Below are positions 35,953-46,862 of a stretch of DNA of 59,108 nucleotides, piece after piece. Position numbers and translations under genes: made by a program. Numbering within the stretch: the stretch's first letter is position 1; every line of letters starts with the position of its first letter. Below the pieces are notes generated by a model. That model was not told where the DNA came from and did not search any database. It saw only the letters and a program-made list of their open reading frames with translations. Source of the stretch: a virus (Duplodnaviria > Caudoviricetes); the IMG/VR virus record IMGVR_UViG_3300011187_000010, positions 1 through 59,108 of that record. The stretch is one strand, 5' to 3'.

Positions 35953-38891
35953 TATATCACCCCGTTTATTAAAAATTTAGATAATCTAGTTGGCCCATCT
36001 ATACATTCACCACCATCAATTTCTAGAACCTCAAAGAAAATTGAGAATCTTATTCCATCATAAGAACTAGCAAATGACACCTCATCGATGAAATCAAATT
36101 CGTTATCAGAAGGTGTTATATTAACCTCAACTATAGCTTCTGTTATCCTCTCACTTAAGAATACTCTACTATCAGAAGTAGTTACTTTAAGGATTCCGAA
36201 ATCACCTTCTGTTACTATATCACTTATACTATATTTTATCCTAGCAGTTCTAGCACCAGTAACCCCATCTATATAAAAAGAACCTGGTGTATCTGATGTT
36301 GAAGTTCTACCTAAAACAACACATTCTTCCACTTCTTCTTGACACTCTATTTCTACTCTTTCACCGTTACTATCAGTTCTTAGAAAGTTATTAGTGTTGT
36401 TTATGGAAGGACCCATGTATAAGTCACGGTTATCGTTGCTACTATCAGGTGAAACATAGATATTAACACCAAATTCATCAATGTAAACAGTATCACCTAA
36501 TGCTGGTCTAGGTCCGTCACCGTCATGATATAAAGTGTCTGGTGATAGTGGTGATGATAGTGTTTCACATGCATCAATAGGGTTGTCTATATTTGATACA
36601 TTGAATGCTGTTAAGGTGGATTCTGGTGGAATTACACTCTCGTTTTCACAATCATAATCAGTAGAAACATATAAGACTATTTTAAAGAAATCATCTAATA
36701 GTTCACTATCACAACCGTCAGGTGCTAAAATTCTTATCTCATCATTATTTGTTTCAAATGTTACCCCACTTAGCTCAGTTTGACCACTTAATTCGTATAT
36801 CTTATTTGCATACTGAGTATTTGTTATCACATTATCATCTGTAGTTGTATCTATAACACTCTCAAAGAAAGTTTCACCCCTTAGTTGAGCCTCTAAAGTC
36901 CAAGTATTTGTTGTACCAGTACACCCAGCTTCTGATACTGGGAAGTTGTTTAAATATTTATTTTGATTTGTTTCTAATATAGTATTAAAGTTTTGATTTA
37001 GTGGAACTACCACAAATACATTTTCATCACAACATTCGTCAAAAGTACCGTTTTTATAATTAGTAAATAATTCGACATCTTCCACCTCAATTGGGTCTTC
37101 CTCATTACCAGCTTCAAAATTAGGTACTAAACATTCAGTGAATTGATTTATGTATTCTTGACCCCTATCGTAAGGTCCAATGTGTGGGTTATTACCTTCT
37201 AATATATCAATATCTGGGTTTGCGCCACCAGTTTGTCTATACCATAGTCCAGCTTTTTGGAAATACATTTCTGGTGTATTAGGTAATACTCTTGGGTAAC
37301 CGTCAGAATCTAAATTTAAACCACTAATATCCCTAGTATTATTGAAGAATTCCATGATTTCCTCAACCGTTTCGACATTTACTTTGTCTTCAGCAACGTA
37401 CAAATATTCATTAAATGTAATTAACCCTTTTGGTACTCCAATAAATCTAAATAAAAATTCAATTGCTTTTCTAGTACCTTTTGATTTCCATAACCAAGGT
37501 GTATTCATGATTATTCTTCTCCAAAGCTCAACTTCAACTTCAGCATCACTTAATCCTCTAGAATAACCATCGTAATAATTGTTATTTAATGATAAAAAAT
37601 CACCTAACACATCTATATCCGTAATAGATGACGTTAACTGCCACCCTAAAACTCTAGCTAAGTTTTTAATGGCAATATCTGGTGTGTTGTTCTTCTTATC
37701 GTAGGTGACTACATTTGCGAATTTAACTCCGTCTGAGTATTTTTTAACTTCATCAAACTCTCTACCATATATTTTTAACGCACTAGTCATCTTTTGACCA
37801 TTAGTGTCAGGATAACTACCATCTATGTCTGGTACACTGTCAAACTCAGATATAGAGGATGATACTAAAAACCTAACCATTAAGTTAGACCTACTAGAAT
37901 CTGATAATTCTGATATCTCCAATAATTTGTTTACGTACCTACTATATTCAGTTGAATTAAAATCGATGTTATAACCGTCTCTAAGCGGCCAAGTTATTTT
38001 TTTGATAGTTTCTACCGTCGTACCAAATTCAGACTCTGTTTTAACCTTAAATGAACTTGTATAGATAGGTGTAGATAATCTGTTAAGTAATTTATTTTCA
38101 AAATCATTAAGATTATAGAAAAACTCCTCTATTTTTGTTTTGTTAGGCTTTATATGGTAATTTATTATTTCAAGCCCATAATTAGGGAATGGGTCACCTT
38201 CTACTTCAAGAGTTATCTCAGAATTGGTTAAACCAGATGCACCTATAAAACTATTAACTTTAAAATCACCATATTGATTACTTATCACATAATGACTAAA
38301 ATTTGTTTGTAAATTTCTTAGTTTGTTAGTTTCATTAAATGTATTTTCAATAGTACCACCACTTAAAAAATTAACACTAAAAGGGTTTTCTATCCTACTT
38401 ACGTCTATTGTAATATTCGCTTTGTCACTTACACTATCATAATTATACGTTGTTACGGTATTACCTACATTACTAGGGTTGGTAGGGTCTGTTTCGCTTA
38501 CATATAACGATGCTGGCCATTTGATAATTATGTTCTCTAGTGAAACCCTAACAAATTCTTTAAAGGACCCAAAAAAAGCATAACTTAATACATCATCGTA
38601 ATCTAAATTTAGTTTTACATTTTTGGAGTATTTGGTCACAACATCCTCAAATGCTTCATCTACGTTTAGAGTTTCTAATGATATAAATTTAGAGTATCTA
38701 TTGGTTATAAACCTTTTACTCACCCTATCATCTAGATTGGTTGATATATTAAAGTTACCGAATGTAAAACTAGGAGTACCGTCGTTTGAGGTAAGTTGAT
38801 TACCTACAAGGTCAGGTGAAAAATTTCTATATTCAACACCATTACCAAAAAATTCTTTTTTTGCGTACCCAACGACTTTAATTTTACTCAT
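35952..38891 (-). CDS. putative baseplate wedge protein
   Basis: LARVLGW...ELWRRIIMN..LWKSKGTRKAIEFL (P2 gpI / T4 gp7-like KGT motif). Confidence 0.75.
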   Translation of the reverse strand: MSKIKVVGYAKKEFFGNGVEYRNFSPDLVGNQLTSNDGTPSFTFGNFNISTNLDDRVSKRFITNRYSKFISLETLNVDEAFEDVVTKYSKNVKLNLDYDDVLSYAFFGSFKEFVRVSLENIIIKWPASLYVSETDPTNPSNVGNTVTTYNYDSVSDKANITIDVSRIENPFSVNFLSGGTIENTFNETNKLRNLQTNFSHYVISNQYGDFKVNSFIGASGLTNSEITLEVEGDPFPNYGLEIINYHIKPNKTKIEEFFYNLNDFENKLLNRLSTPIYTSSFKVKTESEFGTTVETIKKITWPLRDGYNIDFNSTEYSRYVNKLLEISELSDSSRSNLMVRFLVSSSISEFDSVPDIDGSYPDTNGQKMTSALKIYGREFDEVKKYSDGVKFANVVTYDKKNNTPDIAIKNLARVLGWQLTSSITDIDVLGDFLSLNNNYYDGYSRGLSDAEVEVELWRRIIMNTPWLWKSKGTRKAIEFLFRFIGVPKGLITFNEYLYVAEDKVNVETVEEIMEFFNNTRDISGLNLDSDGYPRVLPNTPEMYFQKAGLWYRQTGGANPDIDILEGNNPHIGPYDRGQEYINQFTECLVPNFEAGNEEDPIEVEDVELFTNYKNGTFDECCDENVFVVVPLNQNFNTILETNQNKYLNNFPVSEAGCTGTTNTWTLEAQLRGETFFESVIDTTTDDNVITNTQYANKIYELSGQTELSGVTFETNNDEIRILAPDGCDSELLDDFFKIVLYVSTDYDCENESVIPPESTLTAFNVSNIDNPIDACETLSSPLSPDTLYHDGDGPRPALGDTVYIDEFGVNIYVSPDSSNDNRDLYMGPSINNTNNFLRTDSNGERVEIECQEEVEECVVLGRTSTSDTPGSFYIDGVTGARTARIKYSISDIVTEGDFGILKVTTSDSRVFLSERITEAIVEVNITPSDNEFDFIDEVSFASSYDGIRFSIFFEVLEIDGGECIDGPTRLSKFLINGVI

Positions 38892-38896
38892 TTATT

Positions 38897-39805
38897 CTAC
38901 GTATTACTTACTTCATCAAAGTTTTTATCAAAATCTATATTATCCCTTGGTTCTTTTACTTCAAATAATGGTTGCCCTGTAAACTCATCTTTAATTTCGA
39001 ATAAGTTGTATTGTTTATAGATTTCATAATCAAAATTATATTGAGTATAAACACCGTCTTCTAATGATTTGCTTTGTGCGCCGTAAAGACCGTAAGCTAT
39101 GGTTTCTAAATCATGCTCAACCATTTCAATTTCGACTGTTACAGGGTTGAAAAATGTGTTTGTTATTATCACTTCTTGATTTGGTTCACCAATGAAAGGT
39201 AAAACGTTAGGTTTAACATTTGATGATGAACTCGGAGTTACCGTACAAAACACTAAAGTTGAATTGTCATTAAAACTATATCTAACTGCTTTTTGATTTG
39301 TATTAGTTAAATTTTGATTCACAACATCAACTCTATTATTAGAAGTTATAACCCTAAAGAAATTTCTTACTTTATTACCACTGCCTTGTGCCAAATATTC
39401 TACACGATAACCCACTAAACCACCGTTTTGAAATCTAGAGGTAAAAGCTGGATTTAAATCTGACGCCACAGTATCAAAAACCAAACCTTTAATATCTGAT
39501 TTGGCAGATAATACACCACAATCTAATATCCTAGTTCTAATTTCAATTGGTTTAATTGTTATTGTGTAAATACCTTTTGTAGAGAATGTAGTGCTAGGTA
39601 GTGTTAAGGTATATAACCCACCAAAAACCTCAATACTATTTGTGTTATTGGGGTTGTTTATTTCCGAAAGAACTTCTCTCGTATTCAATTTTGTTAAAGT
39701 AGTATCACCCACTGAATTTCTAGAAGGTGTGAAGTGTAAAAAAACCTCCACGTCATCTAATGAAACATCAGCTGGTCTTACCGTACCATAATTACCTCTA
39801 GCCAT
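38897..39805 (-). CDS. putative virion structural protein (302 aa)
   Basis: Long ORF in the baseplate cluster. Confidence 0.75.
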   Translation of the reverse strand: MARGNYGTVRPADVSLDDVEVFLHFTPSRNSVGDTTLTKLNTREVLSEINNPNNTNSIEVFGGLYTLTLPSTTFSTKGIYTITIKPIEIRTRILDCGVLSAKSDIKGLVFDTVASDLNPAFTSRFQNGGLVGYRVEYLAQGSGNKVRNFFRVITSNNRVDVVNQNLTNTNQKAVRYSFNDNSTLVFCTVTPSSSSNVKPNVLPFIGEPNQEVIITNTFFNPVTVEIEMVEHDLETIAYGLYGAQSKSLEDGVYTQYNFDYEIYKQYNLFEIKDEFTGQPLFEVKEPRDNIDFDKNFDEVSNT

Positions 39806-39818
39806 ATTTTTTTTTTAT

Positions 39819-40556
39819 TTAATCTCTGTTAATATTATAGAAACCATTACCGTAGTTAACCAATTCCTCTAAATTATTAACTTCAGAAAGTCTTAAATGT
39901 TTATCCATAACACTAAAAGTTGTTCTATCTATAAATATATCACTTTCAACTTCTGGTTTATTTATTATCCCTAGTAAATGTTCTTGTTGTACTTGGGGAC
40001 CTATTGAAGAATTTGTTTCGTTCCATCCTTCACTTTTATATTGTACTTTTGTTGTGGTTTCGCCATTCTCTAATTCCGCAGGTACTGCTACACCACCATC
40101 AGGGTTGTCATTATAAACAAAACCATTTTCTTGGTTGATTGTACCTATATTACTATCTCTATTTGCATCAACAACGTACCTTACTTCATTACCATTTATA
40201 TTTATTACCCTATCAACAGCATTAACAATTACCTCATTTTTGTAATTTCGATACGTCTCTCTATTCACATCAAAACCTTCAATGTAAGGATTATCATTAT
40301 TATATGACCTAACAACCTCTAATTTGGAATCTGAACCATAAGTTACAGTACCACCTTGTTTATAATAATCACTTATGACGCCTTTATCTATAAACTCAGA
40401 AGGTAAACCCAAGAAAAATGGTTCCATGTCGGTCGTTAAACCTAAGTTATTAATTGTTTGATGTAAAGGTATTTTCACGGTAAAAAATGATTCTTCTTCA
40501 CTCTCTTTACCTTTTTTCTTATTTAATAAAAATTTTCTTTTAATAATCTCCATCAT
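39819..40556 (-). CDS. putative virion structural protein (245 aa)
   Basis: Long ORF in the baseplate cluster. Confidence 0.75.
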   Translation of the reverse strand: MMEIIKRKFLLNKKKGKESEEESFFTVKIPLHQTINNLGLTTDMEPFFLGLPSEFIDKGVISDYYKQGGTVTYGSDSKLEVVRSYNNDNPYIEGFDVNRETYRNYKNEVIVNAVDRVININGNEVRYVVDANRDSNIGTINQENGFVYNDNPDGGVAVPAELENGETTTKVQYKSEGWNETNSSIGPQVQQEHLLGIINKPEVESDIFIDRTTFSVMDKHLRLSEVNNLEELVNYGNGFYNINRD

Positions 40557-41398
40557 TGAACTTTAATTTCATATAAATTAACTTCTAGATTACTCCCGTT
40601 TTCAACAATATTTTCAGCATTGTTATAATTTGGGTCTACTGAGTAATAATAACCAGTTTCACCTCTTGTTAATAAATACCTAACATGCATTTTATCAACT
40701 AACTTATTTATTGGTAATGTTTCGGTTGTTGTAATAAATCTGTTGGTTTTACCTGTTGAAGCATTATTATATTCAGCTCTCATATATAACTCTCCAGGTA
40801 TTGCATCGTTTTTAATCAAACCACTCTTACTGTGATAAATGTTGAAACCTTCATTATTACCTTTAGGTTTTAACTCTGGGTCGTCTAAAATAAATCTAAT
40901 TGGTATCGAGTTTGCTGGTTTAGGTATTCCACCTCCTGAAGGTGACGAATCATCAACTAAATCGGTAGCGTATACCTTACTAAATAATGTAATTATAGAT
41001 ACTAAATTTTGATTTGTTAATTTATCTGAGTCATAAAAATTAAGACTTAAAAAAGACTTTTTAAATCTATTTTTTCTGAATTTGATATCGTCATCAATGA
41101 AGCCAATGTCTGAATAAAAAGTTTTAGGTTCTAATAAGGTTTTATCCTCATCTAAAAATATTAGATTATACCTCAAATCATTGATTAATGTTCCGTTACT
41201 TGATTTAGGTTTATATTTAGTTTGCTCATAGTCAATTATTGGGTTAATAGAGTTTTCCACCTCATCTTTAACAAAATTATCATTAACAGCTTCACTTTGA
41301 CCAGCAGAGTTATAGTCTAAATTCAAAGGAATTTTAATGTTCTTAGGACCACTCCCCTTACCAATATTTAATTTGTATTTTCTAACAGACATTATCAC
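40553..41398 (-). CDS. putative virion structural protein (about 280 aa)
   Basis: Long ORF in the baseplate cluster. Confidence 0.75.
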   Translation of the reverse strand: MIMSVRKYKLNIGKGSGPKNIKIPLNLDYNSAGQSEAVNDNFVKDEVENSINPIIDYEQTKYKPKSSNGTLINDLRYNLIFLDEDKTLLEPKTFYSDIGFIDDDIKFRKNRFKKSFLSLNFYDSDKLTNQNLVSIITLFSKVYATDLVDDSSPSGGGIPKPANSIPIRFILDDPELKPKGNNEGFNIYHSKSGLIKNDAIPGELYMRAEYNNASTGKTNRFITTTETLPINKLVDKMHVRYLLTRGETGYYYSVDPNYNNAENIVENGSNLEVNLYEIKVQ

Positions 41399-43103
41399 TT
41401 CTTTTAATTAATATATCATCTTCTAACATTTTACCACCCCTATCACTAGGAAAATTGGTATATTGTAAACCATATAGGTTGAATGGGTCTTGTCTCTCTA
41501 AAGCTATATTTATTGGTGTATCGATATAATGAGCACCATTTAAAAATGGATAATCTAAAAAGTTTTCTTGACCATCGTCGGCGCCTATATCTAACAAGTC
41601 TCTCCAAACAAACCTACCATCACCTAAAGGAAATGCGTAGTCAGGTTTATTTAGTGTAGAAGCACTCCCTTGCTCAATATAATTTGAAAAGTTTTTAATT
41701 TTTATCTTATGATGAGCTTTATACATATACCCTTCATATCTAAGCCCCAAATTTATGTTATTACCGTTAAAATCTACATTAGATACTTGCGTCTCATTTT
41801 CCCTATTTATTGAGTTGAATCTATGGTAAACATCACCTAATACCTTTTCGTTTAACTCTAAAACATTATACTCTACTACATCACCATAGAATTCATTATC
41901 GTTTATAGTAACGTCATCATTTAAAGGTTCGTGTGATAACGTATCATTAGTTATTCTATTAATATCTGGAATATCATTAATGTTAGATACTTCATCAATA
42001 AACCCCATTTTAATACCAGATTTTATTGGAGTGAACGTGTTTTCACTATCGGTCTTTATAACTGTAATATATAGTTCAGATAAAGGCCTATTCAAATTAT
42101 CCCTTAATCCTGATATATCAATTTCTTCATTAAATACGTATTTAGGTATCACATCTTCATAAATATTTTGTGAAAAGGCTAATGGGAATATTTCATAATC
42201 ATCATTTTCAATTGTGCTATTACCTTTAACTTTTATTTTTCTAAATTTTCTAATGTAGTATACGGAGTTTCTACCACCAACTACTCGCACCATTCTACTA
42301 CTTACGTTGTTCTCATTTATAGTAATAGGTCCATTAATGTCTACAGTAAAGTAATAATCTTTATCATCACCGTTACTTTTACCTACTCTAACCACCGTAT
42401 AAAGACCATTATCACTACTCAGACCTTTAAGTTCAACATTATCACCATCTACCAAGCCATGTTTCACTGGTGTTGCAAACATCACCATATTCCTTTCATT
42501 AACGACAACTTGTTCACTTGAGACAATTAACAGACCTCCATTGACTAACTTATCATTAAACTCACCTGGTTGCCTACCAACTTGCACTGGATATGTTATA
42601 GTGATTTCCCAATTTTTTACGTTATTATTAGGAATCATAGAATATCTGTTTCTATTTGGTTCCATTTCAATAAACTTACATAAACTTTCACTAATATTAG
42701 GGTTAGGGTCTTGATATCCGAACCACCCATTATCTTCAATTAGGTATTTATCTATCGATTCACTATAGCTAATGTCTTCACCCTCATCTAGGTCGTTTAT
42801 TGAATCAGCATCAGGTGGGAAGGTTTCATCTCTAAATTTAGGCTGATTTAATGATTTCCAACTATTAGGTCCTGATGTATTAAATAATACGTTGGTGAAT
42901 AATGTGTTAAATTGACCTGTTAATCTGTATTGAGTAGCTTCTTGTCTTTCTTTATTAAACCTATCACCTAAGTTTACTATGTTATTAATACTCTCAATAG
43001 GTAGTAAATTAGTTTTATTTTCTAAATTAATTTTGACAAAAGAATCCTCATTCACAGAATTCTGTGAAGTTTCACTATTTAATCTAATTTTTTTATCACT
43101 CAT
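41382..43103 (-). CDS. putative virion structural protein (likely start MSDKK at 43103)
   Basis: Long ORF containing a KHGLVDGDNVEL..L...NGLYTV beta-barrel module. Confidence 0.75.
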   Translation of the reverse strand: MSDKKIRLNSETSQNSVNEDSFVKINLENKTNLLPIESINNIVNLGDRFNKERQEATQYRLTGQFNTLFTNVLFNTSGPNSWKSLNQPKFRDETFPPDADSINDLDEGEDISYSESIDKYLIEDNGWFGYQDPNPNISESLCKFIEMEPNRNRYSMIPNNNVKNWEITITYPVQVGRQPGEFNDKLVNGGLLIVSSEQVVVNERNMVMFATPVKHGLVDGDNVELKGLSSDNGLYTVVRVGKSNGDDKDYYFTVDINGPITINENNVSSRMVRVVGGRNSVYYIRKFRKIKVKGNSTIENDDYEIFPLAFSQNIYEDVIPKYVFNEEIDISGLRDNLNRPLSELYITVIKTDSENTFTPIKSGIKMGFIDEVSNINDIPDINRITNDTLSHEPLNDDVTINDNEFYGDVVEYNVLELNEKVLGDVYHRFNSINRENETQVSNVDFNGNNINLGLRYEGYMYKAHHKIKIKNFSNYIEQGSASTLNKPDYAFPLGDGRFVWRDLLDIGADDGQENFLDYPFLNGAHYIDTPINIALERQDPFNLYGLQYTNFPSDRGGKMLEDDILIKRSDNVC

Positions 43104-43104
43104 A

Positions 43105-46100
43105 TTATTGAATAAAATCACTACTACACCCTTCACTTGTTATCTGATAAGGTCCATTACCTTCACTGTAACCTGTTAGTGTTTCTGTCGTATTATTAGC
43201 TGTAAAAGTCTCTAACACATTATCATCACCGTCTTCTAAGGTGTATTCATTATCCACTTTTAGCTTACCAGCTTCTAAATCACCACCAGACCTAGTTAAA
43301 GTAGGCCTACTTGTTTCAGTTATAATTATCTCTTCTTGTGTATTTTCTGCACTAGGGAACCTTTGATTTAAATCATCGACTACGTAAAAATCATAACTAC
43401 CTGCCTGTAAATTATTATAACTTATTTGAGCTGTTGCGTTATCACTATAGTTAACATTACGATTAAATACAAATGGATTGTTAGGGTCTGAAATATCTCT
43501 AAAAACAACGTCATAAAAAGGTGTACCTCCAGCTATGTTGATTGTTATAACACCTGAATTAAACCCAACACAATAGCTATCTTCAGCATCAACAGTCACA
43601 GAAAGTGGTGTTGGTACCTCTACTGTTGCTTCGTAAGATACACTATCACTTGGGGTATTACTATCTGTTATTGTTACTGTATAATTACCCTCATCTAAAC
43701 CTGTAAATGACGTACTGAATTGCACATTATTTTTAGTTGCTTGGGATGGTCCTGAAATTTGAACCGTGTAAGGTGGAATACCGCCAGTTAACGAGCTAAC
43801 ATATATAATCCCATTGTTAGATGATGCACTCTCAGTGTTTCTAGTGGAAACTTCACCATTTACCTCCCTTAATCCTCTAACAACAAATGTTTTTTTAGTC
43901 GTAACCCCGTTATCGTCTTCAACCACAACAAAGTAACTACCACTGGCTAAACCATTAATGTCTTTATTGTCACTTAATAATGAATTTGGTTCGTTTGAGT
44001 CGTACCACTTATATGTGTAAGGTTGTGTACCACCGTTAACATTGATACTTATTGTTCCGTCACTACCACCTACAGTTGTTACTTCAGTAACAACCCCAGA
44101 GATATTAATTATATTTTCAACCTCTGTTGTACATTCAGTGAAATATTTACTATTCATTAAATCAATTGCTGTGCTATTAGGTTTAGTTCCAAAGTAAAAG
44201 AAAAATGAGTTTTGGTATTGTGCCATCCCATCTTCACTGAACTGACCCCTATAATCCCCATATTCACTACCATTAAAGTCAGAGTTAATATCAGTTAACC
44301 TACTACTTTCGTACCCATCTACATTTAATTTTATTAATTTTGAGCGAATTAATTTATCATCAATATCTTCCCTGTTTATAAGACCATCCTGTGAATCTCC
44401 TTCATCTAAACCAAGACCTATTTCGCATATACGCCTAATATTGTTGTATTGGTCACGATTTACATCTACACCAGAACAGTCGATATCAAAAAATAATGGG
44501 TCACTACCAGTTGTCTCACCTTCACCTATTAAAGGAGGTCTTTTATAACTACTATTAACTAAATCACCTTGTATTTTAACTTTACCTTGCCAATCACAAT
44601 CAAGTACTGAACCTAACTCATATATGTCAGTATTGTAAAAATTTAATTTTTTGTCAGTTATTGGTTTATAAAATAACTCACCTTCGTAACTCACAGCAAC
44701 ACCCTCACTTAGGTTAGAATCTGAACTGTCGTCACCACTACCACCTTCAAAATAAGTATCCACAATGTTATAATCACCTGTTTCACTACCACAGAATTTC
44801 TCTTCATTAGAAGAGACCTTTTTATATTTTAATAAAAATGGATATAGAGACCCATTAATCCAATCGTTATAAAAGTCAAATTCAAAAACATTTAAAGCCT
44901 CAGCTAGAGCTAAACTAAAACATTTTCTAGCTTGAGACGTACTGCCGTTAGCCCCTCCTCTCTCACAGTCACGACGACAACCAGGTGCATATTCAGTTTC
45001 ATTAATTGGACACGTTAATTTAATACAACCAAAACGACAGAAAGGTGTTATACCTAAAAATTTTTTAGTAACTACTTGGTTTATTATGTCTACTATCGTA
45101 ATAATAAAGTTTACTATTAAACAAAGTACAATAAATAAAGGATTAAAATCTGTATCTAGTTTATTAAAAGGTAATGGGTTCTTCGTACCAACGCAGTCAT
45201 CCACATCTTTAAAACCAATGAAGTTTCTATTCTCTTTACGAGGGTTTCGTTGAAAACGTGTTATGTGGTTTTTAACTGTATATATTTTATTCCAAAACAT
45301 ATCCCTAAAATGTATATCAGAGGTAGATTCATCAAATGAATAATCTATCTCACTAGGTAAATTAGGGTTATGAGGTACTAGATATTTAGCTCTAGTCCTT
45401 ATCCTACCTTCACCGCCAGTTTCATTCATACCTATTTTAAACCTTACGTTGGTTCTAGTAGGTATACCAATATTAGGGTTATCAGTAGGTATTAGGTCAC
45501 CAAATTCATCAGTCACTTTATAATCTAGATTCATTGGTAATTGAAAGGCCCACACTCCATCGTCATTGATTAACTGACCACCCTCTAAATTAAATTTTTC
45601 TGTATCACCTAACCTATTTTTTCTTATTATGTTTATAGTACCTTTACCTTCTCCCATTTCACATACCTTACCTAATTTTTTTCTGGCCCTGCAATTTTTA
45701 TTAACACTATTTTTATCATTATCACTAAAAATAGAACCGATAAAAATAGCTTTAGGTTCAACATTATAATTTAGGTCAACATCAACTCTACTAATACCGA
45801 CTTCATTATTAACTTTATCACCCCAAAAAGGTATAACGTTAACACCTACTTGTCTATTTTTAACCTGAGTTAAATTATTTAAGTTATTATTAGTTTTAAA
45901 CTTAGTTGGTGATTCGAATAGTTTTTCTGGATTACCTTGTTCAATAAAATCATAAGGTCTTTGAGAGAAAATTCCTATATCTGATAAATCAACATCGACA
46001 TTCAGTATGTGATTACCTACTGGTACACCAAATAACATAAAATCACCAGCATCGTTTGTTGTCGTGGTGTATTTGTAATATTTCTTATATACCTTGAATA

Positions 46101-46500
46101 ATTTATCATTATCTATAATCTCTCTTTTTAAGGGAAAAGTACCTATTGGTGCGTGACATTCTTTATCCACATTTTTGGGTAATGTATTATACCTAACACC
46201 GTCATTATTTAAAACTTGTATATCTGAATAAGGGTATATCGTCGATATTTCAGGGTCTTGTGCGTCTTCTTCATCTAAAGGTATAAATATAGAAACTTTG
46301 GCATTTGGTACCCCAACACCACTATTCATTATCACACGCCCTACTACAACACCATAATTAGAATAAAAACTACGGTATGCGTCTTCTTGAGATATTTTTA
46401 ATGATAATATTTCAAGAAAATCAAAATCTTGATTTAATTGAATCTTAACATTTTTATCACCGCCATTTGGTGTTGTCCTTATTCTAATATTTTTCGACAT
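43105..46500 (-). CDS. large virion protein with C-terminal SprB-like repeats
   Basis: YGVVVGRV..GVPNAKVS..TNDAGDFML (carboxypeptidase-regulatory-like). Three G.I.....GG.(Q/P)(P/F)Y...L..G.Y...V.D repeats. Confidence 0.8.
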   Translation of the reverse strand: MSKNIRIRTTPNGGDKNVKIQLNQDFDFLEILSLKISQEDAYRSFYSNYGVVVGRVIMNSGVGVPNAKVSIFIPLDEEDAQDPEISTIYPYSDIQVLNNDGVRYNTLPKNVDKECHAPIGTFPLKREIIDNDKLFKVYKKYYKYTTTTNDAGDFMLFGVPVGNHILNVDVDLSDIGIFSQRPYDFIEQGNPEKLFESPTKFKTNNNLNNLTQVKNRQVGVNVIPFWGDKVNNEVGISRVDVDLNYNVEPKAIFIGSIFSDNDKNSVNKNCRARKKLGKVCEMGEGKGTINIIRKNRLGDTEKFNLEGGQLINDDGVWAFQLPMNLDYKVTDEFGDLIPTDNPNIGIPTRTNVRFKIGMNETGGEGRIRTRAKYLVPHNPNLPSEIDYSFDESTSDIHFRDMFWNKIYTVKNHITRFQRNPRKENRNFIGFKDVDDCVGTKNPLPFNKLDTDFNPLFIVLCLIVNFIITIVDIINQVVTKKFLGITPFCRFGCIKLTCPINETEYAPGCRRDCERGGANGSTSQARKCFSLALAEALNVFEFDFYNDWINGSLYPFLLKYKKVSSNEEKFCGSETGDYNIVDTYFEGGSGDDSSDSNLSEGVAVSYEGELFYKPITDKKLNFYNTDIYELGSVLDCDWQGKVKIQGDLVNSSYKRPPLIGEGETTGSDPLFFDIDCSGVDVNRDQYNNIRRICEIGLGLDEGDSQDGLINREDIDDKLIRSKLIKLNVDGYESSRLTDINSDFNGSEYGDYRGQFSEDGMAQYQNSFFFYFGTKPNSTAIDLMNSKYFTECTTEVENIINISGVVTEVTTVGGSDGTISINVNGGTQPYTYKWYDSNEPNSLLSDNKDINGLASGSYFVVVEDDNGVTTKKTFVVRGLREVNGEVSTRNTESASSNNGIIYVSSLTGGIPPYTVQISGPSQATKNNVQFSTSFTGLDEGNYTVTITDSNTPSDSVSYEATVEVPTPLSVTVDAEDSYCVGFNSGVITINIAGGTPFYDVVFRDISDPNNPFVFNRNVNYSDNATAQISYNNLQAGSYDFYVVDDLNQRFPSAENTQEEIIITETSRPTLTRSGGDLEAGKLKVDNEYTLEDGDDNVLETFTANNTTETLTGYSEGNGPYQITSEGCSSDFIQ

Positions 46501-46826
46501 TACTTAACTTTATCTACATCCATTAACACGTATTCATCAGGGTTAATTTCCTCTGAGTCGTCACCATCATCATTAGTGGTATCATCTTTTTTAAATTTAT
46601 TTAAAAAAGAAAATAATAACATCCTATTTGTGAATATTTGTTCCATGAATAGATACCAAATATAAATCAATAAAATAGGTGATAAAAATAAAAACAGCAT
46701 TGTTAACCCAATGGCAAGTGGTATTTTAAATACCTTACCCTTTAAATTTAATTCACCACCTGAATCTTTTAATCCTAGTTTAGAATTATATTTATCATTA
46801 TTTTTACTTTTACATCCACATCCCAT
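46500..46826 (-). CDS. small membrane protein with N-terminal MGCGCK motif
   Basis: One or two TM segments. Confidence 0.75.
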   Translation of the reverse strand: MGCGCKSKNNDKYNSKLGLKDSGGELNLKGKVFKIPLAIGLTMLFLFLSPILLIYIWYLFMEQIFTNRMLLFSFLNKFKKDDTTNDDGDDSEEINPDEYVLMDVDKVK

Positions 46827-46862
46827 ATTTAATCAACTATTAATATTTTACAACACCGTTTG

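Noticed and set aside
27600-46500. Diversity-generating retroelement acting on tail genes
   Set aside because: No reverse transcriptase, and no adenine-specific TR/VR repeat pair seen by eye.
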